Origin: Candidatus Bathyarchaeota archaeon
Lineage (GTDB): Archaea > Thermoproteota > Bathyarchaeia > Bathyarchaeales > Bathycorpusculaceae
NCBI GenBank assembly: GCA_963707955.1
Contig: OY970176.1
Coordinates: forward strand, 896,001 to 960,000
Reading direction: 5' to 3'
Length of the DNA: 64,000 bases
The notes beneath the pieces were generated by a model, which did not search any database, was not told the DNA's origin, and saw only the letters and a program-made list of their open reading frames with translations. How positions within the stretch are numbered: position 1 is the first letter of the stretch; every line of letters starts with the position of its first letter. Positions 8,619 to 17,948 of this stretch are shown here, one piece after another. A program made the translations under genes and the position numbers.

Positions 8619-9811
8619 AAAGCTCAATCCCAAAGGGATACAAGCAGACCATGAAAGAGCTAGGGTTAAAAAGAAACCCATTTCCTATCGAAGCCCCAAA
8701 CTCAGTTGACCATTGGGCAGATTTCAAGAAGTTATTTGACAAACTTCTGGAAGTTCACCTTCAAGCATTACTTAATCCGTCCCCTAGGATTTACGTGTAT
8801 TGGGGCCATTTGGGAACTGGGAAGACTCATGCGTGCAGATATTTCTGCAATGTTAAGACGCAGAAAAAACTGGTCGAGTCTGTGCAGAAGAGGGGATCGA
8901 TCGGAAAGGTAAAGTGTGTTTCAGCGGCAGCCCAGATTCCAGGAAAGACTGGGCAACTAGTATATCACGTATACTTGCAGATCCTTTCAAGACTTCTAGA
9001 CGAAATGACTAAGGAGGACTTCAAAGACCTGTCAAATATCACCGGAGATGCTGGACCATCTTGCGTGATGGCGCTCAATAGTCTTGCTCGGGGGATAACC
9101 GAGCAGACTCAGCTTTCCGGTCCGTTTTTTGGTTTGATGAAGAACACAGAGGAGTACAGATTCCTCACCTTAGGGAGAACCAGAAAATACGGAACTCTGG
9201 AAACAACATCGGATCTCAGCCTGGTCATAGAGAGGATCTTGAAAGCGATTTTGAGATCATATCGAGTGTTCATCTGGGTTGATGAACTGGAAGACCTCAG
9301 GGAATCCAATCTGGTCGAGAGAAGGTTGTTCAGCGACTTCATACGTAGTGTCTACGATGAAATAGACTATGGCCTAACAATCATTCTAAATTTCTCCTGT
9401 GATACGTTTGACGAAGTCGAAAGACTGCTGTTGCCAGCCGTATGGAGCAGAATCAGAAAGGAAGACACCCAAGAAGGTGTAATCGAGTTTCAACTTTTGA
9501 AAGATGATGGTGACCTGCGAGAATACCTTCTTTCCAGTCTGAGGTTTGGAAGAGGTGCTGATCCCAGTGAGATCATAGAAAAGGAAGCCGCCGAAAGCAT
9601 TCTGGAGACCATGAAAAGGGAGGGAGGCAAGAATGGAATATCACCAAGAGATTTCAACAGAAGAATGCAGGAGTTGTTGTGTAGAAGTTATTATTTCTGG
9701 AAGAAGGAAGGCAAAGGTGAGTTTAAGATAACGAAAGCATCTATTGAACAACCAGAGAAACGCCAAGAAATGCTTGAAGAGCTGAGAGAGAAATTGCTTG
9801 GTGGAAACTAG
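8615..9811 (+). CDS. P-loop AAA-type ATPase, island ATPase 2
   Basis: LGLKRNPFP, Walker A GHLGTGKT, Walker B IWVDELE, ISPRDF. ATGA overlap with the upstream gene at 8615-8618. Confidence 0.8.
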   Translation: MKSSIPKGYKQTMKELGLKRNPFPIEAPNSVDHWADFKKLFDKLLEVHLQALLNPSPRIYVYWGHLGTGKTHACRYFCNVKTQKKLVESVQKRGSIGKVKCVSAAAQIPGKTGQLVYHVYLQILSRLLDEMTKEDFKDLSNITGDAGPSCVMALNSLARGITEQTQLSGPFFGLMKNTEEYRFLTLGRTRKYGTLETTSDLSLVIERILKAILRSYRVFIWVDELEDLRESNLVERRLFSDFIRSVYDEIDYGLTIILNFSCDTFDEVERLLLPAVWSRIRKEDTQEGVIEFQLLKDDGDLREYLLSSLRFGRGADPSEIIEKEAAESILETMKREGGKNGISPRDFNRRMQELLCRSYYFWKKEGKGEFKITKASIEQPEKRQEMLEELREKLLGGN

Positions 9812-9814
9812 GCA

Positions 9815-10522
9815 ATGGCAGAAACAAAGGAGGAAGAGCATAAGCTAGTTTTCGTCTTCGACAATACTTTCTTGGATTTCATTTACTGCAAGCAATTGGA
9901 CCTCAAAATCCTCGATTTAATTAGAACAGTGTTTGATCTCACTCTGGGCAATTTAGACCTGATGATAGTGACTGACAAAGTTCACGATAAGATGGTCAAA
10001 AAATACGCGTACCCCTATGGTGATGAATTCGATAGAATGCATAAGAACTGGGTAAATTTGGCTGAAAGACTTTATGGGAACTCGGAGGTTTTTTGTCAGC
10101 ACTACGAGACTAAAAAGCGTTTTTGGGAAAGGGCATTCGGTTGCTGCAGAACCCACTTTGCGAGTGAAGATGTTGATTTGATCACTTCGGCTGCACTTCT
10201 AAAGCAGAAGCAATTCAATCCTGTTATAGTTTCCGACGATTCCCGCCTCATTTACTTTTCGGATATAATGTCTTCCTATTTTGGCTTCTATTTTAGATCC
10301 TTTTCCACGTTTGAACTGCTGTCGTACCTAGGTACGCCTAAATGCCGGCGAGAGCTCTTCCTTTCCAAGAATCATTTTGACCTGGGAATGAGTCTTGCTT
10401 CACTGAATGATAAGCGAGGAATCACCAATTGTCAGTCTCTCGTTGAGGACCTGAAGGCTGCGACGAGAAAAGGGGTTTTCTCTACGCACTATTGTTCTGC
10501 AAAGTTCCCCCAAACGGTTTGA
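9815..10522 (+). CDS. PIN-domain-like nuclease
   Basis: FVFDNTFL (first Asp), VTDKVHD, SEDVDLI and IVSDDSRL give a PIN-like acidic tetrad. Confidence 0.6.
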   Translation: MAETKEEEHKLVFVFDNTFLDFIYCKQLDLKILDLIRTVFDLTLGNLDLMIVTDKVHDKMVKKYAYPYGDEFDRMHKNWVNLAERLYGNSEVFCQHYETKKRFWERAFGCCRTHFASEDVDLITSAALLKQKQFNPVIVSDDSRLIYFSDIMSSYFGFYFRSFSTFELLSYLGTPKCRRELFLSKNHFDLGMSLASLNDKRGITNCQSLVEDLKAATRKGVFSTHYCSAKFPQTV

Positions 10523-10630
10523 ACACACTATTGACACCGAATCAGGTGAAATCCAACTTCTGTCTCTACACCGTCACAAACTACAGCAATTCTAATAACA
10601 TAACAGAACTTTTCTAAGAAGCAGAAGAAA

Positions 10631-11773
10631 ATGAAAACAATAAAGCCGATGCTATTTGCGGTTTACAGTGTCTGGGGAAACCAATGGCTAAAACTCGCCA
10701 TGTTTATGCAAGAATGGTGCAGAGACATAAATGTACTCGTGAGCACGGATAGCGTCTTGAATAGTAGTGTTCCAAGGTATGAAGCAATTACAAAATATGG
10801 ATTATCAAAAGGTTTCATAAAGACAAGGGAAGAATACCGCGAATTCATGGAAAATACGGCAAGAAAATTCCCTTATTTGTCGAATTATCTGGACGAATTC
10901 GAGAAACCATTGCCAAAGATGACGTCCCTGTTTATGCTGGACAGCGGTGGATATGGTTTTACAAAGGCTTTCGAAGGTAACAACATACGTAATCAACTGA
11001 GAATACGCATCCCAGATCTCTACAATTGTTGGAAGCACGGAGACGAAAAGTCTCAAGACATGGTTCTGGAGAAGCAGCAACTCCTAAAACCGGATATTCT
11101 GATAACCCTTGATAAAGTTATCTTCCCCAACGAATTGGCCAAAGCAAAAAAGGAGAAAATTGGATTCAGCCTCAAATGCGCAAAGATAGCACTTCAGCGA
11201 AAAAAAGAAGGGATCATCGGCAATACAGCCTTGTTCGCAGCAGTTCATGGTTATGGACCAAGTCCCAACAATGGACCAGAAAAGTACTATGATAACACAA
11301 GAGAGTACATGAATAACTTGTTGAGCTTTGAGAGTGAAGTAGGTGTTCGCTTTGATGGCTTTTCAATAGGATCTCTAGTTCCAATATCGAACGAGCAGAT
11401 ACTAAGCTCGATAGCTAACGCAGTCCGGGATGTCCTCGGAAGTGAAAGGCGTAAAACGGCAGTCCACGGCCTTGGTGCCTCTACTGACAACAAAATATCG
11501 ACGCTCTACAAGTGTGGAGTCAGGATCTTTGACACAAATCTCCACATGAAGAATGCGAGGAATCGATTAATATACCATCCAACTGAACGCAGATACGTTA
11601 GTACCAAAAAGATCAAAAAAGAAGATTGGGAATGCGACTGCAAGATCTGCAGCAACTATACTTGGGATATACTGAACGAAAATCGTCGGAGAGTTCGCGA
11701 AGTTTCCACCGTACTCATCTCACTTCATAACCTATACACTGATCATCTGAGATTCCTTGAAACTCTGCGCTGA
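10631..11773 (+). CDS. TGT-family transglycosylase paralogue 3 (divergent N-terminus, Zn site)
   Basis: MLDSGGYG, KPDILITLD, AAVHG, DGFSIGSLVP, VHGLG, GVRIFDT, CDCKIC...LHNL. Confidence 0.85.
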   Translation: MKTIKPMLFAVYSVWGNQWLKLAMFMQEWCRDINVLVSTDSVLNSSVPRYEAITKYGLSKGFIKTREEYREFMENTARKFPYLSNYLDEFEKPLPKMTSLFMLDSGGYGFTKAFEGNNIRNQLRIRIPDLYNCWKHGDEKSQDMVLEKQQLLKPDILITLDKVIFPNELAKAKKEKIGFSLKCAKIALQRKKEGIIGNTALFAAVHGYGPSPNNGPEKYYDNTREYMNNLLSFESEVGVRFDGFSIGSLVPISNEQILSSIANAVRDVLGSERRKTAVHGLGASTDNKISTLYKCGVRIFDTNLHMKNARNRLIYHPTERRYVSTKKIKKEDWECDCKICSNYTWDILNENRRRVREVSTVLISLHNLYTDHLRFLETLR

Positions 11774-11892
11774 CATGATAGGCCTTCTAATAAGCCATTG
11801 TAGGGAAGACATAGCACTAGCGCACGCTTGTCCGCTTTGTTATGTTCTAAACCGTTTGTCTAGTCTGTAGCGCGTTCTTAGAATTCTTCCTT

Positions 11893-13245
11893 TCATAAAG
11901 AGTATTCTTTTGCATATTCTATCGTCTGGGCGTTCTTGAAGTAGTGTCCGAACAGTTGCTGATTCTCAGTGTGCACCGGAAAAACCTGTTTGGGTTGAAT
12001 GCAGTTGATCAAGTCCACTAGTTGGTCCTTATTCAAGTGCCCTGATGCATGCAGTTGATGAAAGTGCATTCTGAAGTGATCTATCCAGTTGTGCATTACC
12101 GCATCTTCAATGTCTTCTTCGCTGAACGGCTCACTCATGCTGTGAATGAACTGGCTGCCGGGCTCCGGTTTGATGTCTATCAACTCCGCGAACTGGTAGA
12201 AGTCCAGGTCCATCACAAGCTTTCCTTGGTTCTTGTGAATAAACTCGTGCGTCACCATTTTGTCCATGAACTTTCGCTCCCAAACATAGTAGTCCCTCTC
12301 ATCGAAGCTACCTGACTTTTTCCGCTTGTAGTAAACCAAGATATCGTCATCGTTCAGCGGATCCGGAAGATCGAGATGCTCATCATCAAGAAGTTTGCTC
12401 AGCAAATATGCAGTCTTGGGCGAAACCACGATTTTCCTTCCGTTTTTCTTGGCGACCTTGTAGAAGCTTCTAAACCTGTCTAAATCTCGACTGTAGCGCA
12501 TCGCAAGCACCAACTTATCGGTTGAGGAAACAACTTCGTTGCTCAACTGCTTAACCTGAGATTCCGAATAGTTCTTGCGCTTCTCCTTCTCAACCATCCT
12601 TGTCCCCTCACAGATCAAGCCAACCGGCTCACAACCTTGGGCCTTCTCCAAGAAATCTTCGGTCAGATCTTTCCTTGGACCGTGAATTCTCAGGTCTCCC
12701 GTGTAGACCACTGAACCTTCAGAAGTGTGAATGATGAAACCATAAGCGGCCGGAATAGAATGATCCACATGCACCGGTTCAACCGTCACGCCATCAACCT
12801 TAAAGCTGTGTCCAGTGCGAAACTTGCGACATTCATGTTCTCCATACTTGCAGAAACTACTAGTCTCCTCCATAGACTCCATCAACAGCTTAGTGCCAAC
12901 CCCGACGTAGACGGGAATCTTCGGGTCCAAGAACTGAATATGAGCCACATGATCAAAATGAGCATGCGACAAAAACACAGCATCCACCTCAGGCTCAGAG
13001 TATGGAAGATTGGTCGAAGCCAACATTTCCCGAGAATACAAACCGCTGATGCGAGGCAACAGGTTAAACGCAAAGTAATCTCCTAGACCGTTGACTGCTC
13101 TTGGTCCGAGCCAACTCGTGAAGTAATCAGTACCAAAGGTGAAAGACTGCCCAAAATCGAAGAAAATCCTCGTCTTTCCGTCTTCCAGGAGAATCTTGTT
13201 GCCACCAATCTCGTTCACTCCACCGTAGAACCTGAGTTTAACCAA
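11893..13245 (-). CDS. MBL-fold/beta-CASP hydrolase, RNase J-like
   Basis: GGVNEIGGN, SHAHFDH, VDHS, YTGD, CEGT, HASGH, PVHTE. TTG at 13245 follows GAGGGG. Confidence 0.85.
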   Translation of the reverse strand: MVKLRFYGGVNEIGGNKILLEDGKTRIFFDFGQSFTFGTDYFTSWLGPRAVNGLGDYFAFNLLPRISGLYSREMLASTNLPYSEPEVDAVFLSHAHFDHVAHIQFLDPKIPVYVGVGTKLLMESMEETSSFCKYGEHECRKFRTGHSFKVDGVTVEPVHVDHSIPAAYGFIIHTSEGSVVYTGDLRIHGPRKDLTEDFLEKAQGCEPVGLICEGTRMVEKEKRKNYSESQVKQLSNEVVSSTDKLVLAMRYSRDLDRFRSFYKVAKKNGRKIVVSPKTAYLLSKLLDDEHLDLPDPLNDDDILVYYKRKKSGSFDERDYYVWERKFMDKMVTHEFIHKNQGKLVMDLDFYQFAELIDIKPEPGSQFIHSMSEPFSEEDIEDAVMHNWIDHFRMHFHQLHASGHLNKDQLVDLINCIQPKQVFPVHTENQQLFGHYFKNAQTIEYAKEYSL

Positions 13246-13316
13246 ACGAAGCCCCTCACAAGAGCATAAGTACAAGAGTCTTATAGCATCTTGCGAATGG
13301 AACGAGACGGGTACAT

Positions 13317-13571
13317 ATGAGCAAAGAAGCCGTTGCGAGGCAATTCTTCCTCGATTTTATCGAGAACCTTGGAAGCGAATACGAAGACGAATACAACCAA
13401 GAACATATTGAGGAAGAGGCCAACCTAATACTAACAGATCTCTTCTTTTCAGGCTTGTTGAAAATCGAGTGGAATCCAAGAAAGCACGTGTTGAGACTCA
13501 ACTTCAGAGATCGCAAGAACAAAGAAAGCAAACGACAGAAGCGCGGGCTAGTTTTAATGTTCGAAAAGTAA
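13317..13571 (+). CDS. Small hypothetical protein
   Basis: 84 aa ATG-started ORF divergent from the MBL gene, with plausible composition. Confidence 0.5.
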   Translation: MSKEAVARQFFLDFIENLGSEYEDEYNQEHIEEEANLILTDLFFSGLLKIEWNPRKHVLRLNFRDRKNKESKRQKRGLVLMFEK

Positions 13572-13688
13572 TGTTGCTTCTGCCCTTCCTCATACTATAT
13601 TACAGAAAATACTGATTTCATCATTGATTATCAAGGGACAAGCGCGCGCTTAAAGAATCTATATGCGGAACCCTGCATCTCTTTTCAC

Positions 13689-14012
13689 ATGAAGCGAGAA
13701 CCTTCTCCAGCTGTCTACTTCTCCGATGAGCTCAATGATCTGATGAAGACACTCAAACCTGACGACAAAATTCTGAAATGGCTCAAGGGCATGGCCGCTG
13801 TCCTCAAAGAAAACAAAAAAGCCGGAGAGCAAATAGGGAAAAGCAGAATCCCGCAACTCTACATAAAAAAATATGGTGTAAATAACCTCTATCGGTACAG
13901 GCATCCAGAAGGATACAGATCATGCTATACTCTTGTGAATAAATGTCCTTGGATATTGGATCTAAAATCACATCTTGAGTATGACAGGATTTTTGGATAT
14001 AGAACGATTTGA
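13689..14012 (+). CDS. RelE/ParE-like small basic protein
   Basis: LKEN..AGEQI.K..IP..Y...YGVNNLYRY..PEGYR.CYTL...ILD..SH.EYDRIFGY resembles archaeal RelE-fold proteins. Confidence 0.55.
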   Translation: MKREPSPAVYFSDELNDLMKTLKPDDKILKWLKGMAAVLKENKKAGEQIGKSRIPQLYIKKYGVNNLYRYRHPEGYRSCYTLVNKCPWILDLKSHLEYDRIFGYRTI

Positions 14013-14288
14013 CTAGAGTATCCTTACGCTCGTCTTGATCAATTTTTCTAACTTGGGATTGTTGACTCCAGTGTAGATAATAGTTCTGCCGTTGAATTCT
14101 ATCTTTCCAGAAGCTTCCAGATACTCTAGTATTCTTTGGAAAGTCTGATACTGCACTTTCTTGGGCAAGCTTCTCCAAAGCTGCATGCGCGTGGGATATT
14201 CCTTAGATTCTAGAATAGCCTTCTCAACCATTAGAATAGTGTCAAGCTGAGGTTCATGCAATACCTTTTTTTCCGATTGGATGTTCAC
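14013..14288 (-). CDS. Small winged-helix protein
   Basis: PQLDTILMVEKAI..YPTRMQLWRSLPKKVQYQTFQRILEYLEASGKI. Confidence 0.65.
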   Translation of the reverse strand: MNIQSEKKVLHEPQLDTILMVEKAILESKEYPTRMQLWRSLPKKVQYQTFQRILEYLEASGKIEFNGRTIIYTGVNNPKLEKLIKTSVRIL

Positions 14289-14316
14289 CGATATTCACCA
14301 ATATTCACCAATATTC
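14281..14316. repeat. Tandem 10-mer repeat (ATATTCACCA-like, about 3.5 copies) over the start of the wHTH gene
   Basis: atgttcaccg atattcacca atattcacca atattc. Confidence 0.8.
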
Positions 14317-14666
14317 TATAGCTAACTATTATATAAACTTATATATCGCGCGCAAAAGCCTGAAGGAAGTGTTCAGACCCGTTTCTTTGTTCTCTTTGAT
14401 CCGCCGTTCAGACCTTTCAGTATTGCATAGTTTTCCCTGATGCTTTCATGAAGAACGGCAAAGGGGTCTTTTCGGCACTTTGCCATCTCTTAACCACGCT
14501 TCTATCTCAATCACATCATAAGACCTGATGTCTTTTATGACTTATGATGATCTTATACACCAATGTATTATACACTACTGTATAATTGACCATTGTTACA
14601 ACAATGTCACTAACTTCTGTATGCACTAATGCATTTTGTTATGAATCCAAAATGTAGCATAAGCTT

Positions 14667-16691
14667 TCATGCAGCCTTTATCTGTGAAACGCCGTCTTTC
14701 TTCTCGATTTTCATGACTTGGTCTGCGAAGCTTTCTAGTTCTTTCTCGTGTGAGACCATGATGACTTGGGGGCATTTCAGTTCGTCCAGTATCTCTCTTA
14801 TCTTGAACAGCTGTTCCTTGCTGAAGCCATCGGTGGGTTCGTCAAGTATCAGAAGATTGGACTTGATTCCCGCTGAGACCTTCTGCACGATAGTGTTAAG
14901 TGACAGTCTATAAGCTAAAGCCAGACTGGTTTTCTCGCCGCCGCTTAGATAGTTGTAGTCTTGTTCATAGCCGTCCTGTTCAACTATCGGAGTGAAATCT
15001 TCGTCGATGCGGCTTTCTTTGCCTGGGTCGTCGACGAGCATCGTCCACCATTTCTGGAAGTGCATATTGAATTCCTGGTTTATGTTCATCATCACGTGCG
15101 TCTCGATCGATTGCAAAGTGGGTATGAAGAAATCTTCAAGCCACATCTCGTATTCCCTCAGTCTCTCCGCGGCTTTTCTCTCCTTCTCCTTACCCTGGAT
15201 CTCTATTTCCAGTTCGTCAACTTCTCTTGTGAGCATTTCACGGGTTCTCTGGCTTCCAGAGATGCCCTTTTCCACCTTAGTGAGCTGCAACTCATCTTCC
15301 TTCAGCTCCTTGGATAATCCTTCAATCTCCGTTGAGATCCTGTTGAATTCCTCAACGTGTTGCCTGGCCTTCTCAAGCCTATCTTCTGCATTCGCGACCT
15401 GCTCCTTCAGCTTCTGGGCTTTTTCACGGTCCTTTTCTATTCTCTCCTGGTTCTTCTTGACGCGTTCGGCCAGATTCTGCAGCCTATCTTGGGCTTTCTT
15501 GTACTCTCTGAGCGCATCTTGCAGGACTTCTATTTCTTTGATTCTTCTTTCACAGGCAGCGACTTCTTCTAATGCCTGGCTTTTCTCTTCTTTTTTGAGC
15601 CTGATCTTCTCTTCAAACTCCTCTGGTTCCGCTGGTCTATCGCACGTTGGGCAGACCCTGTTTCTTTCAACAGACTCGTAATCACATATCTTTGCGCCTA
15701 TGACATCCTGCGCCGACCTCATTTCCCGCTCTTTCTGCCTCGCCATCCTCAATTCTTCTTTCAGCTGGTCCTCAGTCTTCGGCGTAGGCTCCTGCATCTT
15801 GCTCAGCCTTTCCACGTCGGGCTGCAGTTTTCCTGTTTCCGACGCAAGCTCTTCAACCTCATTTTCGAGGTTAACAACTTCACTGTTCTTGTCTTTGATA
15901 TCCGCTTCTAGGAGGGGAACTTCACCTGCAGCTTTTACGAGCGACTCCGTGCTTTTCCTTAGTGCATCGACCTTCTCTCGCAGCGTGGCAACTTTTCCGT
16001 CAAGATCCGCCTTCTTTCTGCCTAGACCTGCCAGTTCTTCCTCGCATTTTGCGATTTCGCCCTTTTTTGCCCTGTATTTTTCTCTGCGGCCTTCAAGGTC
16101 GGAAGCGTGTGAAGCTAGCTTGATCGACTTTTCCTTAATCGACTTCGCCAGAGTTGACGAGTTGTCCTGCGCTATTCGATAATCCTCGATTCTGAACGCT
16201 TTCCGAAGAGTCTGCAGCCTAGAGTCTGCCCTCATCCAGATAATCGCTTTCATCTCTTCCTGGGGCGTGAAAATCGCGTACCTGAAGATGACGCTCTGCG
16301 CCTTTGGGTCTGCTGGCTCGTTGAAAGCGAGTATGTCAAGAATCTTCTCTTTCATTTCAGAAGCTGATAACTGCAGAACCGTGCCCTCGGTTTTGAGGCT
16401 GCAGTCAGATTGTTGGACGCTCTTGGCTTTTCGCTCCAGGCTGCGGCAGGCCTCATACTCTTTGCCATCAACTTCGAAGCACAATGTTACTAACCCTTTT
16501 TTTGCGCCGGCCTTAAGCAGGGCTCCGCCTTTCTCTGAGCCTAATCCGAACAGCGCGAATTCTATCGCCATCAGGATGGTTGACTTTCCCGAACCTATGT
16601 CGCCCTCAAACAACGTCGTGCCCATGGGAAAAGTGATTGCCTGCTCCTTGTAGCTTCTGATGTTTTCAAGCCTGAGCGATTTGAGTATCAC
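14667..16691 (-). CDS. rad50: Rad50 ATPase (short coiled coil)
   Basis: GDIGSGKST, Q-loop TPQEEM, Zn-hook CPTC, LSGGE, LILDEPT, VSH. Confidence 0.93.
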   Translation of the reverse strand: MILKSLRLENIRSYKEQAITFPMGTTLFEGDIGSGKSTILMAIEFALFGLGSEKGGALLKAGAKKGLVTLCFEVDGKEYEACRSLERKAKSVQQSDCSLKTEGTVLQLSASEMKEKILDILAFNEPADPKAQSVIFRYAIFTPQEEMKAIIWMRADSRLQTLRKAFRIEDYRIAQDNSSTLAKSIKEKSIKLASHASDLEGRREKYRAKKGEIAKCEEELAGLGRKKADLDGKVATLREKVDALRKSTESLVKAAGEVPLLEADIKDKNSEVVNLENEVEELASETGKLQPDVERLSKMQEPTPKTEDQLKEELRMARQKEREMRSAQDVIGAKICDYESVERNRVCPTCDRPAEPEEFEEKIRLKKEEKSQALEEVAACERRIKEIEVLQDALREYKKAQDRLQNLAERVKKNQERIEKDREKAQKLKEQVANAEDRLEKARQHVEEFNRISTEIEGLSKELKEDELQLTKVEKGISGSQRTREMLTREVDELEIEIQGKEKERKAAERLREYEMWLEDFFIPTLQSIETHVMMNINQEFNMHFQKWWTMLVDDPGKESRIDEDFTPIVEQDGYEQDYNYLSGGEKTSLALAYRLSLNTIVQKVSAGIKSNLLILDEPTDGFSKEQLFKIREILDELKCPQVIMVSHEKELESFADQVMKIEKKDGVSQIKAA

Positions 16692-17944
16692 TGACCTTCA
16701 TCTCCCAGGCCCAAGGAAGCCCACGCGTGCTTCTGAACGCGTTCCTCATAGTCCTTCTTCGTCTCGTTAACCCTCTGCTCCTGCCTCAGGATCTTCAGTA
16801 AGTCCTCCGCGAGCTTGGCACCTTTGTCGGCTTTCAGCTCCTCTGCAGAAACTTTGACGGCTCCTATGTTCTCTCTGAGAAGTTTACTCTCGACGGCAGG
16901 AATGTCTTCGCCCCTAACCGTGACCGGCGAGTAATCCTTGGACGTCAACCCGTAACGATTCACGATTACTTCCAACGCGCCGTTGGTTTTCAGCAGGTCT
17001 CTGATTTCGGTTGAGCTTACCTCTGAAGTCTTGCCTCCGGACAGTGTTCCCTTAATCTTGACAACGGCAATCTTGTCTTGAACCTCAATCTTACCGAGCT
17101 TGTCAAGCAGGGCTTTCCTGGCCTGCACCGAGTTCTTATCAGTCACGTCGTACTCGAAGTATTCGAAACCGCACACGGACACTTCGATGAACTTCACGTC
17201 TTGCACTATGTCACCAAAGTACACTATGTAGAAACCTCTCTCCTCGCCTTTGGCAGTGTCCTCCAAGTCTCTCGGATACCCTGCGAACAGCGCCCCTGGG
17301 AAAACCACTCTTTCATACCCTGGAAACCCCGATTCAGTCCTCCGATGCACATGGCCGCTCGCGTAATAGTCAAAGCCCTTCGGAAGCAGAGACACCGGAA
17401 CAGACTCCATCTGCGCCAAGATTTCAGGCTTCAACTCTGAGACGGCGCTGTGGAAAGCGAATATTTTGAAGCCCTGCTCTGCTTCTAGGCTTTCTCGGTC
17501 GAGAATTTCAAAATAGTTTTTTTCCAGCCCTGCTTTTCTGCCCGATAGGCCGACGAGTTTTGCCTTCGTCTTCGGGTCCGTGAACACTTCCAGCCTGAGC
17601 TTGCCATCAACGACTTCCCCCTTCACCACCTTCTTGATCAGGCCCGTGCTGTCAAGAATATCGATTATCGACGTGGCATTCGGGCTGTAGTCGTGGCTTC
17701 CATAGATGACGTAGATAGGAATGCCCGCATCCCTGACTTCCTTCATCTTCTTGACGGCTTCGTTGGCAACGTGCATGTCCGGAAGGTTGGCGTGAAACAG
17801 GTCTCCGGCTATCAGAACAAAGTCAACGCTTTCCTGCACGCAGGTTTCCATGGCTTTGCTGAACGCGGCTAGTTCCAGTTTTTCCAATACTGGGTCTCTG
17901 TTTGCGCCTATGTGACAGTCTGCCATGTGTGCAAATTTGAACAT
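16688..17944 (-). CDS. mre11: Mre11 nuclease
   Basis: ADCHIG, AGDLFH, GSHD, FHS, GHVH. Confidence 0.93.
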   Translation of the reverse strand: MFKFAHMADCHIGANRDPVLEKLELAAFSKAMETCVQESVDFVLIAGDLFHANLPDMHVANEAVKKMKEVRDAGIPIYVIYGSHDYSPNATSIIDILDSTGLIKKVVKGEVVDGKLRLEVFTDPKTKAKLVGLSGRKAGLEKNYFEILDRESLEAEQGFKIFAFHSAVSELKPEILAQMESVPVSLLPKGFDYYASGHVHRRTESGFPGYERVVFPGALFAGYPRDLEDTAKGEERGFYIVYFGDIVQDVKFIEVSVCGFEYFEYDVTDKNSVQARKALLDKLGKIEVQDKIAVVKIKGTLSGGKTSEVSSTEIRDLLKTNGALEVIVNRYGLTSKDYSPVTVRGEDIPAVESKLLRENIGAVKVSAEELKADKGAKLAEDLLKILRQEQRVNETKKDYEERVQKHAWASLGLGDEGQ

Positions 17945-17948
17945 GGCT

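Noticed and set aside
2002-11773. The TGTs as the housekeeping archaeosine tRNA transglycosylase
   Set aside because: Both lack the long C-terminal PUA region, sit with ATPase/PIN genes and neighbour DpdA. Not fully excluded without a phylogeny.
4086-11773. Calling the island type IV CBASS or QatABCD
   Set aside because: No CD-NTase-sized cyclase, OGG-like protein, TM effector or TatD. QueC looks canonical and lies in a full biosynthetic operon.
11774-11892. att site or direct repeat at the island's right boundary
   Set aside because: No tRNA fragment, integrase or matching repeat is visible, and the left end lies outside the window.
14281-14316. CRISPR-like repeat
   Set aside because: 10-bp units without spacers; no cas genes.
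14961-16653. Long Ser-rich plus-strand ORFs
   Set aside because: Antisense shadows of the Glu/Lys-rich rad50 coiled coil. The same applies to most short antisense ORFs in the track.
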